Of a stretch of DNA of 57,896 nucleotides, positions 37,401 through 50,850 are shown piece by piece. How positions within the stretch are numbered: the first letter of the stretch is position 1; each line of letters begins with the position of its first letter. Position numbers and translations under genes: made by a program. The stretch covers positions 73,963,633 to 74,021,528 of the forward strand of contig NC_068982.1 of the NCBI RefSeq assembly GCF_001194135.2. The letters run 5' to 3'. Below the pieces are notes generated by a model that saw only the letters and a list, made by a program, of their open reading frames with translations, was not told the origin of the DNA and ran no database searches. The DNA comes from Octopus bimaculoides. Its lineage: Eukaryota.

Positions 37401-38974
37401 CTGTTATTTAAACACCATACAGTGCAATAATAATAATACAAGAATAAATAATAAATAGAAATGTTAATGCTATACTTTCGAATATGAAACAATCCTCCTT
37501 CTCATCTTCTTCTTTGCATTAATGAATATGTTTCCAGAGTTGCATAAATGAGACAGAATTCATATTATGGCCAGATGCTCTTCCTGCTGCCAACCCTCAT
37601 CTGTTTTCTAAGTAGGTTAATGTTTCTTCCTCAGTTGGGCAAGTGTCTTCTTATAGCCTCTGGTCAACGAAAGCCTTGTGAGTGGGTTTGGCCAATGGAA
37701 ACTGAAGAAGTATGTCATATGTGTATGTGTATATTTGCCTGTGAGTGAGTTCAAATTTCCTCTTGGCTTCAAGTGTGATTGCTATTTGTAAACAATGGCC
37801 TTACAGACAGAGCCATTCGCTTGCAGTCCACCATGAAAACACATTCAGGCTTCTTAACATGTGACATGTAGTATAGTCTTTGTAAAAAAAATGCTTATCC
37901 ATACAGTTCTGTCTGTTTCCAGTTCTCTGCATAGAACATGTTCTGGGAGATTATTATTACCTTGGTTGGAAACAGGTGTGAGTTGGCATTAAGAAGACTG
38001 TCTGGCCTTAGAAAACTCTGCTCCAACATACTCTTGTCTGATCTATGCAAGTATGGAAAAGTAGATGTTAAAATGATGATGATGATGATGAACTAATGAT
38101 CTCTGCTGGACAGCAAATGTAGACAGGCAGAAACTACAATATACCCTTAAACATGGTACACAACCACACTTTTCAACTTGCTATGTTAACAGACAGGTTC
38201 ACATAAGGCCTTGCGTAGTGACTCTAGGCAAAGCACATGACCCTGTTTACCTATCATACAAGCTCAAAGGTTGAATGTTCTGTAGTAGCTCTTCCCCACA
38301 ACATATCTTCCTAACATTTCCTCCCACTATTTGTATCCACTCACTACATTCCCTCCCCCTCTACTTTCGCAATATTGTAAACTTATCCACCCACCCATCC
38401 TGTCCTATCCTTGGTTCCACTTCACTTGTATACACCTTCCTGTGACTTGAGTGTACACACCTCCTGTCACATCTTCATCATTTTCCCTCCTCTCTCTCTT
38501 TCCTGCTGAGGTAGCCATGTATCTCCTTTACTGCAAGGCAACTATTTGTGTACCTCAATTCATGCTCTAACCTCTCATTCCCTGGCACAAAACCACCTCC
38601 CTCAATATTACTCCTATCTCAGATGAGAAGTCTAGTCTTGTCTTGTAAGATACTTGATGATCTCATAAGTGATGGTGCCACATAAAAAATACTCAGTACA
38701 CTTTATAAAGCAGTTGGAGTTAGGAAGGGCATCCAGCCATAGAAACCATTCCAAAACAGACAATAGAGCTTAGCAGAGTCTTCTGACCTGCCAAAACGTC
38801 CAAACCATCCCAGTATGAAAAACAGATGTTAAATGATGATCACGAACAATCAACTATGAAAACAACTCTTTGCTTCAACAACATGCAGATAATCCAATTT
38901 GAAAAACCATTCCTTTTTGTTACCAGCATCTACAAAAGGATGTACAAAAATGGAAGAAAAAATAAAATGCTTAC

Positions 38975-39053
38975 AGTCATATTTTCCAGTTTTAATGAAA
39001 TAGTCCATAAGAATATTTGATGTGGGAAAATCAGGAAAGATTCCATATGCATT
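38975..39053 (-). CDS. MRPS27: MRPS27 exon 6 (PPR-like repeat)
   Basis: ctttccaacAG...T|GTAAGC, 79 nt, phase 0/1. NAYGIFPDFPTSNILMDYFIKTGKYD vs recalled human [24 protein letters not shown]. Confidence 0.95.
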
Positions 39054-40961
39054 CTGTTGGAAAGCAAAGTATTACAAAAAGTCAATAAGAAGATAAATGT
39101 TTACAGATAAATCAGTGCATTTATTTGTTTATAACATGAGAAATTCATCATCAGGAAAATCAGAGTTGAAACTGAATGCAGGGCAACATTGTTTGTTTGT
39201 TTATCTAACATCCAATTTTCCATGCTTGTATAGGTTGGAGAAAGGACATATTTGAGGTAGGAATTTATAAATGGATGTCCTTCCTGACACTAACACTTAT
39301 CTATATTTCAAAGAAGGGATTTTTTTTCTTTTATTCCATGGGTCTTCAAAAGTGTAGAATGTCAACATTGTCATAATGTCAACATTCCCATACACCTACA
39401 ATATTGGTTTCAAATTTTGGCACAAGGCCAGAAAGCACTAGGGAAGGTGTAAGTCAATTACACTGATTCCCATTCTTCAGCTGGTACTGATTTTATTGAC
39501 CACAAAAGGATAAAAGGAAAGTTGACCTTGGCCGAATTTGAACTTAGAACGTAAAGACAGATGAAATGCCACTAAGCATTTTGCCTGGCATGCTACTGAT
39601 TCTGCCAGCAGAATATACAATATTGTCAATGTTATCATCATCACCACTCTGTTGCTAGTACCCCTCAACTCATGCACCCACCCATCTCTCAATCCTTCCT
39701 AATCTTTAGAGAGATTGCCCATCTCCCTCTCTCCCACTTCTACTCCCTCCACACACTCTTGCAAATCACCTCCACCCACTATTCCTCCTCCCTGAGGTGC
39801 CACCATTATCTGGCTCTTTGAAGATACTATCAATTCATTCTCACTTTCTCTCCTAAATGTTAATAGCTACGTACCTCCTCTACAACATAATCTGCCCAAC
39901 CCCATCTTTTCTTTCATATCTCAACCACCTTACATCTAATATAAGGATGCAACACCACTCTCTTCTTGGCTGCTGTAGACTTATGAGCTACAGGGTGACC
40001 TCAGTAGTGCTGGTGGCACAAAAAAAGTACCTAGTTCACTCTGCAAAGTGGTTTGCATTAGGAAGGGCATCCAACCATAGTAACCATGTCAAAATAGACA
40101 CAGGAGCATGATGAAGTCCTTGGATCCATCAGATCCCTGTCAAACTGTCCAACCCATGCCAGCACAGAACAGGAAGTTAATTGATAATGATGATGGTCAT
40201 ATATATNNNNNNNNNNNNNNNNNNNNNNNNNNNNNNNNNNNNNNNNNNNNNNNNNNNNNNNNNNNNNNNNNNNNNNNNNNNNNNNNNNNNNNNNNNNNTA
40301 TATATATATATATGTAGACAGTGACTCAGTGGGTGTGCAGTGATGTAGAAACTTGTACAACATATTGTCTGATGATGTCATTCATAATCCAGCAGTGTGT
40401 TTTTCATACATCCTGTCGATAGGCTGTAAATCTCATGTGATTTGACAAGAAATTTCCATTTAGTTTTGATGTTATTTTGAACAAACCATTTAACAATTGA
40501 GCTAGGAAGCACAGAATATCACAGAGTAGCGACAAAAACAGTAGTGGGAGAAGGGGAGCATGGAAGAGTGGATGTTAATGATGATGATGATCATCATACA
40601 GTCTCTGGCTATCATTTTTACTCACAAGGCACTGGTCAGCCTGAAGCTACAATAGAAGACACTTGTCCAAAGTGCTGTGCACTGAAGTAGAACTTGAGAC
40701 CACATAGTAGCAAGGGGATCTCCATATCCACACAACCATGCCTCCCACTGCAATTATTACGAGATAAACTGGCAAAATTTCACTGCCATACAATATTGCA
40801 CTTCTGGTATACGAATACAAGAAAACAATATCACCATTCAAGTCTTCTCTCTTCATTTATGCATCTCAAACCCTAATCCATTTTTCTACACACACACGTA
40901 TATATAGATGATAATAATAATAATAATAATAATAATCTAAAAGACTTCAGTAAACACTTAC

Positions 40962-41076
40962 TTTTTTCTTCATCAAGCTGAGATAATTTTCAGCCAGCCC
41001 AAGTTTCAGGTATCCACGAGCCAGAGATGTTGCTAAAGAGTCAGTAATGTTTGCAGCATCAACACTGTGACGGAAC
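40962..41076 (-). CDS. MRPS27: MRPS27 exon 5
   Basis: aaacAG...AAA|GTAAGT, 115 nt, phase 2/0. FRHSVDAANITDSLATSLARGYLKLGLAENYLSLMKKK (human YKFRHSPN...). Confidence 0.92.
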
Positions 41077-42049
41077 CTGTTTGTTTGGAAACAAACGATG
41101 ACATAAACAACATTTTCTACTGAATTTCTCATCTCCTTACCATCATTACTACTGACAAGTAAGCTATACATCAAAATCATGTGCCATAAAATTTGTCGAC
41201 GGCTTGTAAGAAGTCAAACCGTTAACATTGACTGAGTAACGTCGATTATCTCCCTTGCATTACAAGGGCGAAAACTGGCAATTCCATTCCATAATCGGAA
41301 GCAAAGCGTAGGCAACCTGAATAGACACGATGACAGCACCCAGTACACTGTACTGTAAAAATTGGAGCTCAACGCAGTCCATGAACCCGTTGGATCCTTT
41401 CAAACCGTCTAATCTAAGCTGGCATAGAAAAGAGACATTAAAAATGGTGAGAGAAATTGTAACACACTATCAACTCTTTTACTCATGGGTGAATGTGTGT
41501 GAGTTGTGTGCCTTATTCTTAATCCCACTCGTTTCAATTAATGTATTGTCGAATCGTTTTCAGGTCCCATAATTAGCTGCATAAAAACAGTCTGATTCTT
41601 TATTACTTCAAAAAGGCTAAATATAGATGCTTGACGACAATATAAAACATAAAGACAATACAAAATGTAACAAAACATAAACTCGGGGAACTAAAAATAC
41701 AAAAAGGAGATGAAATATGAAGAAAAAATAAAAGAAACGAATGATAATATATGAAAGAGTGAAAAATGAGGCGCAATGCCCACTCAAATTCCTCTCTTGG
41801 TATCTTCACTCTCACCAGCCCCTTTCCATTTCGCAATTTTTCTTTCCGCATCCACACTCTTCCCATAAAAACAGTCACCAGGAGAAAAGTTTGTAAGTAA
41901 AATCAATCAAGTATGAATGCACTGAGAGAAAACTGGAAACTAAACCAACAGAAACAAGAAAATAATGAGGTTGGTAATTCATTTAAAACTATTATCTCCA
42001 TAAAAACAGGGAGATGTTTCTGTGAAACAGCTGTAAATCTGTTGCTTAC

Positions 42050-42114
42050 CTGTATAAAAGTTTTTCAACTTTCTTTATATCATTAGCTTCTAGTTCATCT
42101 ACTTTGTTAGCCAA
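42050..42114 (-). CDS. MRPS27: MRPS27 exon 4
   Basis: ttctattttatAG...AG|GTAAGC, 65 nt, phase 0/2. LANKVDELEANDIKKVEKLLY(R). Confidence 0.88.
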
Positions 42115-42585
42115 CTATAAAATAGAACACAAATATGGTACATTTAAAAAGTTAGTCTCTTGTTTAAGGCAGTATTTAAGCATCTCCATAAAAAATATAA
42201 AATGATGCAGGATGAGTGCACATATAAAGCTTGGTAGCAGGCAAAGAATTATAGAACACTACACACACAGAGTGAGAAAAAGAATTGAAGAACATTACAC
42301 ACACACTGAGAGAAATAATCAGAGGCAGAAGAGGAGAAGAAGAAGGGAGAAGATTATAAGTTATGTCTTATTTAATTATATTTTAAGGGAATAAATATTT
42401 TTTCTTTTGAAAATTAGTATTCATTTCATCATTACATATAAACACCAAAAAAATTCAATAAAAGTTACATTATACTTATTGTATGTTATGGCCATATTTT
42501 CTGATATTACCTATGATGCGACAAAAGTAAACTACTAAAGTTACTTGTCATAAGATGGACAACATTCTAGTCTTGTGTGAGCAAT

Positions 42586-42960
42586 AGACACAGGCGTGGC
42601 TGTGTGGTAAGAAGCTTGCTTCAGGGTTCAGTCATACTGCGTTGGACCTTGGGCAAGTGTCTTCTACAATAGCCTCAGGCGCCAAAGCCTTGTGAGTGGA
42701 TTTAGTAGACGGAAATTGAAAGAAGCCCATCATATCATACACACACACACACACACATATGTGTGTGTCTTTGTGTCTGTGTTTACCTCCCACCACCACT
42801 TGACAAGTAGTGTTGGTGCGCTTGTCCCCGTAACTTAGTGGTTTGGCAAAAGATACCAACTGAATAAGTATCAGGCTTAAAAAAATAAGTACTGGAATCA
42901 ATTCATTCGACTATAAATTCTTCAAGGCAGTGTCCCAGCATGGCCACAGTCTAATGACTA
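42586..42960 (+). mobile_element. SINE family 1 copy in MRPS27 intron 3
   Basis: Homologous to the reverse complement of 22995-23384. Confidence 0.82.
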
Positions 42961-43454
42961 TTTCCTATTCTCATTTCACCTGTGAGAGTTCTTTTAGTCT
43001 TGAAAGTTACAAGGTGACACTACTGGTGCTATAAAACAAACAAACAAAAAAAGCATCCAGCACACTCTGTAAAGTGGTTGGTACTAGGAAGGACACCCAA
43101 CATAGAAACCATGCCAAAAACTGAAATATTGGAGCTTGTTGGATCCTGCTGAAATGTCCAATCCATGCCAGTATGGAAAACAACTGGCCAGATACCTTTC
43201 TCGTCACCAACTCCTGCCTGTATCCAAGTTATGTAACACTCTCCCACCTGTCAAACAAATGTAGCTCAGGCATGTTTCAGTTTTTATTCACAGTATTGAC
43301 TCACAAGAATTTGATCAGTTCAAGGGCTATAGTAGGGGATACTTGTTCAAGGATCCATGTAGTGGGACTGAACCCAAAACTACATGGTTTATAAGTAATC
43401 ACACAGCTTCATACTTTCAACAATAATCTATAAAGCATCATTACATTAACTTAC

Positions 43455-43525
43455 AATATCAATGTCAACATATGAAATATTCTTTTCTTTTTCAGCCTTT
43501 TCAGCTAAGTTGTAGAGGAAATCAT
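43455..43525 (-). CDS. MRPS27: MRPS27 exon 3
   Basis: ttttaattgcAG...ATT|GTAAGT, 71 nt, phase 1/0. YDFLYNLAEKAEKEKNISYVDIDI. Confidence 0.88.
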
Positions 43526-44560
43526 CTGCAATTAAAACAAAGATAATTAATAAAATAAAAGAACCTGGATAATTAAATGAAATAAATTATTGCTGAAACA
43601 ACTTCACATCACTATGTCTTTTCTCCCCAGAATGTAACCCCACTCTGGAATTCCTTCCCTTCTCATGCCTTTCCCACATGTGTTGAGTTACAAAGGTCCA
43701 AGAGGAACATTGATGACATCATTCTCAATGGACTAGGAGGGTCTGTAGAGGCTATAAGTACAGCCCCATCTTCCAGACTAGGCAAGTAAGAAAAAAAAAA
43801 TCACATAATAAAAGTAAAATGCAGACATGGTTGTGTGGTTAAGAAGTTTCTTCCCAACCAAATGATCCTGGGTTCACTCCTGCTGCATGCCACTTAGGGC
43901 AAGTGTATCTTTCTATAGTAACCAGACTAATAAAAGCCTAGTGAATGAATCTGATAGACAGAAACTAAAAGAAAGCCTGTAGTATATACATACATATATA
44001 TATGTGTAGTGGTTGGTGTTAGGAAAGGCATCCAGTTATAGAAACCATGCCAAAGCAGACACTGAATGAAGCTTGGTGCAGTCCTCTGGTTTGCCTGTTC
44101 CTGTTGAATCGTCTAACCCATGCCAGCATGGAAAGTGGATGTTAAACGATGATGATGATGATGTGTGTGTGTTTGAGTCTCCTTGCCTCAATGTTGTGTG
44201 ATAATTGTAAATGAGTCCCAAGCAGTGTCATTCATCTCCAATATTTTGTGAAAATCGTATTTGACCATGGGGAAATATTACCTTACTTGGAAATAGGTGA
44301 GGGTTAGCAACAGCAAGGGCAATAACTCTATCCAATTCATGCAAGCATGGAAAAGTGGATATTAAAATGATGAGGATGATGATGACGAAAGGTAGAACTT
44401 GTCAGCCAGGCAAACTGAGGTAAACACAGGGACACAAAACTGATTATATTAAGAAGTTACTTTATGACCAAAGATCAGCCTAGCACCATGACCTTCCAGT
44501 TATAGACTCTCTTCCACATTAAATATAAAACACATCCTGCCCTCTTTCTCTCTACATTAA

Positions 44561-44760
44561 CCCTTCAGCATTCTGTGTATTTATTCACATTGTTTTGAAT
44601 TAATCATGCATTATCTTGCAGCTTCAAAATTTCAATGGTGTGTTTGTATATTCTGAGAATGACAATGTAGGGTAGGTGTGAGAGGTTGGATCTGGTCAGT
44701 TTTAGCATAAAACAGGTAGGAATATTTGGTCTGGATATGGCCAGATTAAATGCTAAAGGG
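44561..44760. mobile_element. piggyBac-type MITE
   Basis: TTAA|CCCTTCAGCATT...AATGCTAAAGGG|TTAA, about 60 nt from the MRPS27 exon 2 donor. Confidence 0.8.
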
Positions 44761-44822
44761 TTAAATGTATTATATTCCCTAACCCCATTTGTTTAGTACT
44801 CAGGGAAAAAACATATACTTAC

Positions 44823-44909
44823 AACAAGGGACTTGAAGTTCTTGAAAATTCATTCTTTCTTCCCATACTGCTTGGCACTGATATGCATCACTGAGCAGAT
44901 GACGACAGA
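44823..44909 (-). CDS. MRPS27: MRPS27 exon 2
   Basis: tttcattgcAG...T|GTAAGT, 87 nt. VCRHLLSDAYQCQAVWEERMNFQELQVPC, similar to recalled human RYLLSSAYVDSHKWEAR. Confidence 0.9.
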
Positions 44910-45423
44910 CTGCAATGAAAGATAGATAAATTAAACTGTAACAATGAGGATTCTGTTGTTTGATGAATTGAATTACCTGCCCCTGAATTAATGTGTAAGT
45001 GGCTGAGTATTTCACAGAAATATGTACCTTTAATGCAAGTCTCAGGCAGAATCAATATGACACAGCATGTGACAAGGCTATACCTTTTCAATTATAAGAA
45101 TAATCCACCAAATGTGCTTCATTATAGTCTCCATCTACTTAATCTCAATGATAAGTTATGGGTTGGCATAAGGCTATAGAAAATGACATTTGACCACGGT
45201 GACATGCAGTGAGATTGAACCTGAGACTTCATGGTTGTGAAACGAACTATTAAACCATCTGGCTGTACTGTGCATACAACAAATTGTATAATAACATCTG
45301 ATGCCAATGGTTGGTTAGTTCATTTCTCCAGTCACACATTACATTGTATAGAGAGAAGGGAAGAGAGAGTAAAAATGTGATGCTGAGAGAGTCATCATAA
45401 GAGGTACAGAATGTACACACACT

Positions 45424-45785
45424 TACTCTTTTACTTGTTTCAGTCATTTTGACTGCGGCCATGCTGGGGCACCGCCTTTAGTCGAGTAAATCGACCCCAG
45501 GACTTATTCTTTCGGTCTCTTTTGCCGAACCGCTAAGTGACGGGCACATAAACACACCAGCATCGGTTGTCAAGCAATGCTAGGGGGCCAAACACACACA
45601 CATATATATATATATATATACATATATACGACGGGCTTCTTTCAGTTTCTGTCTACCAAATCCACTCACAAGGCTTTGGTCGACCCGAGGCTATAGTAGA
45701 AGACACTTGCCCAAGGTGCCACACAGTGGGACTGAACCCGGAACCATGTGGTTGGTAAGCAAGCTACTTACCACACAGTCACTCT
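45424..45785 (-). mobile_element. SINE family 1, young copy in MRPS27 intron 1
   Basis: Near-identical to 22995-23384 with a short internal deletion. Confidence 0.88.
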
Positions 45786-46949
45786 TGATTATAGGCAATA
45801 AGTAAAAGATAGTTTTTTACACACATATACAGTGTGAGAGAAAGAATCACAGAAGCAGAGGAGGAAGACACGAGGGAGTAAATGAGACAGAAATTATGGA
45901 AGAAGTTTAAATATTTTTCATTTGAAAATTAATATTCATTATTTCATTATTTTGAATGAGCAATAAGAAATTTGATAAAAGTTAAATTATAATAATTGCA
46001 TGTACAATATATTTCTTGATATTACCTAAAGTAGCAAAAATTTATTTCTAAAGTTACCTGTCAATATGATGGGTAACACTAGTCTTTTTATATTCAAAAT
46101 CTTTATTTAAAGTTAAAGATACAAGGTTTGTGTGCAGCTCCCATGCAGGTAGCATGTAAAAATACCTTTTGAGCATGGTCGTTGCCAGTGTAGTGGGTGA
46201 TTTTACGTGCCACCAGCACGAAGGCCAGTCAGGCAGGTACTGGCAACGGCCACACTCAAAATGGTGTATTTTATGTACCACCTGCACAGGCAACGATCTT
46301 GCTATTTCCTGATATTAACCCATGGTAGCAAAAATATACTTCCTAAGCTACCTGCCTTATGAAGAGGAACATTTTACTATCAGTGTAAATGGTTCTTTCT
46401 TTTACTTGTTTTAGTCATTAGACTGTGGCCATGCTGGGGCGCTACCTTGAAGAATTTTAGTTGAGCTAATCGACCCCAGTACTTATTATCGTTTTATGCC
46501 TGGTACTTATTCAATCGGTCTCACTTTGGCTACATTATAATTATAACATCCTACTATATTATAACTATAAAAAGCAATATTTACCAACCTCACCATAATA
46601 GCTTCATGTTTCAAATATATTGATTTGAACCTTATGAATGAAATGGAGATTTGAAATGAAAAGTAGGGTAGTTATCAACAAACATGAACACTTTTGTTAC
46701 TATAATTCTGTTAGTATTCATTGACTTTGTTGAAATTAATTTTGAAATAATAAAGAATTTAATAGAATAACTTTGCTGCCATTTAAAGGGTGTTTGAAAC
46801 AGATTAATGAGGAATTTTAATGGAAAGTTCTAACTTAGATCACTTTAAACATGAAGTCTGTATTACTGAATCAGGGGCAGTCTTAGGCAAGTTGGTATCA
46901 AAAGGATTGAATTAAAGAAGCCAAAATGGATCCAGCCAGAAATCATTGG

Positions 46950-47358
46950 AAACGAAACTCGGCTTGCGAAGACCTATTGGGGCAAGCGAAAGTCAAACTG
47001 TCAATGGCACCTGCGCCCAGCATCGCCTTCCTGGCACTTGTGCTGGATGGCAAGTGTAAAGACATTCGAGTGAGATCGTTGCCAGTGCTGCCGAACTGGC
47101 TCCTGTGAAGATGACACATAAAATACACCATTTTGAGCATGGCTGTTGCCAGTACCGCCTGACTGGCCTTCGTGCCAGTGGCACATAAAAGCACCCACTA
47201 CACTCTCAGAGTGGTTGGCATTAAGAAGGGCATCCAGCTGTAGAAAATCTGCCAATTCAGATTGGAGCCTGGTGTAGCCATCTGGTTTCACCAGTCCTCA
47301 GTCAAATCGTCCAACCCATGCTAGCATGGAAAGCAGACGTTAAACGACGATGATGATG
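46950..47358 (+). mobile_element. RTE-tail element, same family as 33716-34240
   Basis: GGCTTGCGAAGACC...CATGGAAAGCAGACGTTAAACGACGATGATG. Shorter tail copies at about 1090-1290, 1310-1480, 20410-20610, 31800-31970, 33085-33310, 38680-38840, 40000-40195, 44005-44165, 51820-52000. Confidence 0.75.
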
Positions 47359-49609
47359 TTTCTCAAGAAATTAAAGTTCTAAAAAAATTGACAACAGATT
47401 ATTTGATTATTGTAGTGGAAGATGAACAGCTGTAGTCTTTTGTTATTTTCACTTGTGAGTAGTTCTGTAGCTCCCCTTTAACAAGAAATCTGTACTATTC
47501 TGGACCTTTCTCTCTCACTTTAACCCTTCAGCCTATAGCATAAAGCCATCTCCCTCACCACTGTAACCGTATTCAGTCAAAAAGTATCTTAGTTTTGCAG
47601 GCTCCATAGCAACCTTGCTTGTGCTGGTGCCATGAAAAGAAGCACCCAGTATATACTGTCAAGTGGTTGGTGTTAGGAAGGGCATCCAGCCACAGAAATC
47701 ATACAAATCAGTTAAGCATGATGCAGTGTTGGATTCAGTCAAACCGTTCAACTCATGCCAGCATCAGTTGGTCACATGCACACGTATGCATACATACACA
47801 CGACAGATTTTTTTTGTTTCCTTTTATCCAATTCACTCACCAGACTTTGGTTGGCACGAGATTATAATAGAAGACACTTGCCCAAGGCGCCACTGTATGT
47901 ATGTGTGTATTCGGCTCACGATCATAAAATTGTGAGTTCAATTCCTGGACTGGTCAGTATGTTGTGCCATTGAACAAGGCATTTCATTTCATGTCGCTTC
48001 AATCCATTCAACTGAATGTGAACCTCAGCTCTGTGCTGATGCAGTTCTCGCTCCTAGTTTCCCCATTCTAGATGTTTACAGGGTCATGATTGGGGGGGGG
48101 GGAGTATAAGGCGAAAGCATGGTACATGTCACCAAGTTATACTTGCTGGCAAGTGACGGCTGTCTGGCTATAATTATACATTATACTGGCCTCGTTGAAA
48201 TCGGATCACCAGAAGCTTTTACAGTATTTATATAAAAGTTGCATATGTGTCGCTACAAAATTTAATTCATTAAATACGTTTAAAAAAATCCGAATATTCT
48301 GTAGATACGTGAAAAAAATATCCCGTTTTCTTGTGGAGAACGAGTTCCATTAAAAAGCAAGGTAAAATTTTATTACACCGGTCTCCACATTCTGCTCGGA
48401 GGGCTTTCGAAATAGCTATCACCATCACATGAAGAAGAAAAGTGCAAGAAATCGGGAAGTTGTTCCCTTCTGTGAAAGAATTTATGTCCAAAAAATTATA
48501 CTTTTTACATTCCTAACCCCGCAATTCCGTGCCCTATACCGGTACATTTTTTACTTTTTGTCTTACGAGATGAGTGTAATTGTAAATTAATACCAAAAGC
48601 AAAGCGACTTTACTGTGACCTTGAAATGAATTGTCCCAAACAATCCCATTTTCAAAATAACACATCAGCCCACTCAATGACATTTCTTCACAAGAATACA
48701 ATAATTTAGATTTTTATAGAGGAGAAATAAGAAATCAACTTTAAGTTACAAAACATAAAAAGCACAGGGATACTTCATAACACTGGAATGATTGAGTTTC
48801 TTTTTTTTTTCTTGTATAATTAAAATTAACAATTGATGTAAAATAACTAGGCAGAAATATAAAACTGTATTTTTATCAATGCATTTTTCAACAGCGAGTT
48901 GACTGATTCTGCTAACTGTGATCCTGTAATGTTCCTACTTTCGTCAAGGGCATTAACGGTTTAGTTGGAATGGTCACACATCTGAATGAAAACTGGATTC
49001 GACGTCGGTATAAAGAATTAGGTGAACTTGAGTCTTAACAAAGTTTATAACCGATTAAAAAAAAAAGTATATGACGGTACATGTGTACCATATCTAGTAG
49101 TATTTCGACAAGGTTTCTACTATGAGTTTTTTTTTTCCATAGCAACTTTGAAGGAAGTGGGTTATACAATACCATTCACCTCAGAGCTTAACTGTCACTT
49201 TATTTTCATCGACCCCAGGAAGATGAAAGAAAGGCAAAATCGATCTCGGCGTGATTTGAACCAAGAACGTAAAAAGCCGGTATAAATACCACCGCTCTAA
49301 CAATTTTACTGATGCATCGCCCTAGTTAAACTACATTACGTAAAGTAAGTGCTAACATTACTGAGTGATCAAGCTGTCTTTTATGTGAAAAATAAATAAC
49401 TGATACTTTAAGAATTGTCAACATACGAGATATTTATTAAATTACCGATGTGAGAGACTTTAATATTGAAACAAGTTAAACCGCTGCCACAAAGAGGGAG
49501 GAAGGGCCAGTGAGAATATTTAAGACATAACACAATAACATTGTAAATTAAATAAATATCAAACAGATTGAATAAAGCATTATATGTGTGGAATACGAAT
49601 CATTTTTAC

Positions 49610-49691
49610 CTGAGAAGTTTAGTCCAGGAAATATTTGACTTGTTCTTTTTATAGATCGATACAGAGACCGAAGAACACATGGTTGAGCCAT
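49610..49691 (-). CDS. MRPS27: MRPS27 exon 1 (presequence-like N-terminus)
   Basis: GTCATGG Kozak context. MAQPCVLRSLYRSIKRTSQIFPGLNFS, basic and without acidic residues. Donor TCAG|GTAAAA, phase 1. A weaker in-frame ATG lies at 49712. Confidence 0.8.
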
Positions 49692-49745
49692 GACTGAGAG
49701 AGAACAGAACATACAAGTAAAGCGTGTGCTGTTTGTTGCTTTATT

Positions 49746-49761
49746 CACTTCCGTCGGAAAT
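49746..49761. promoter_or_regulatory. Inverted pair of ETS/GABP-like cores upstream of the MRPS27 ATG
   Basis: CACTTCCGTCGGAAAT (TTCCG-T-CGGAA) about 55 nt upstream of the start codon, in a locally CpG-richer region. Motif match only. Confidence 0.4.
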
Positions 49762-50009
49762 AGATAACAGTTGCACTGCTTGATTTGGAGCCTGAATAAT
49801 TTTTGTTGTTTTAATAAATACCATCGACTGTTTTAATGTTAATATTTTTGTGCGGTTATTTTAAATTGAAGGGAATTGTTTGTGATCTTTTGAAAGAGTA
49901 TCTGAGACTTGTGGGTGAAGATATCACATCTCGTGGATTGCTGGAGTAGGAAACAACACATCAGGATGAGTTTATCTAAGAGGGCATAACTACACAAATA
50001 TGCCCCACC

Positions 50010-50375
50010 AACATTTGTTTCCTCATAACATTCTGACAAACGGATATTTTAAAATTAAATTTTCTACAAATTCTTTTTAGATGGTGTAGATTGCGTTTAT
50101 ATCGGAATTTACTGTGGAAGATTTTTCGTAGCAAGGGAGGAGCTTTTGATAATCTTCATGTGCTGATATGGATGTTATTTCTTCTCAACAAAATTGTAAT
50201 CTACATCATCGAAACATGTAAGGAAACAAAATCGGGGTGCATATAATGCCTACTCCCAACCCATTTTTTTCTTTCTACATTAAATTCCGATATAATCGTA
50301 ATCTATACCATCTGAAAGGCATTTGTAAAAAATTTCAATAAATACCCATTTCTCAGAAAATTATGAGGAAAAGAA
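50010..50375. mobile_element. MITE-like element with about 100-bp imperfect terminal inverted repeats
   Basis: TTTCCTCATAA...TATATCGGAATTTA mirrored by TAAATTCCGATATA...TTATGAGGAAA. Confidence 0.7.
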
Positions 50376-50850
50376 GTCAGGGTGAGGTGCATTTCTGTAG
50401 TTACGCTAGAAGATCTGGTCCAATTGTTTGCATCTGAACGGACTATGGTGAAGGCACTGAAAAGGCAGGTGCAGGGTTGACTCAAGGTAGCGGCAACTCG
50501 GGCAGTCGTCCGAGGCGCCAACTGCGTTTTAGTCTACATTTTCAGTTTTTCTCGTGAAAGTTTTAAAAAATTATACTTGTAAGGGCGCCGAAGTTCAGCT
50601 TGTCCGGGTCGCCAGCAACTTTGCGCTGGTGCCATGCTTATTTTTTCGATGTTCCATGTGATTGAAAGGTTTAACGACATGTTATTTCAGAAAGTAGAAA
50701 ACTAAAATAAGTAATGAAAAATATTTAATCCAACACTTTCTCAAGAGCAGTTTACTCAAGTGTTCTGCAAAAGTGGCCAAATTTGTAGGTGGGTGTGGGG
50801 AAACAGAATCTACTGAATCAAATTTATTTAATAAGTTTGTGACAAAAGCT

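Noticed and set aside
41077-41180. N-terminal part of ORF 40947-41180 as coding
   Set aside because: Lies upstream of the acceptor at 41077; homology begins only at FRHS.
48270-48491. Minus-strand ORF in MRPS27 intron 1 as an extra exon
   Set aside because: Exon 1 joins exon 2 in phase and colinearly with recalled MRPS27 orthologues; no recognisable homology.
50440-50650. GC-rich patch as the first exon of a divergent gene
   Set aside because: No convincing ORF or donor. The GCAGGG...GGCGCC...GGCGCC...CATGC layout looks more like a decayed Harbinger-like MITE (low confidence), and no downstream + strand exons were found.
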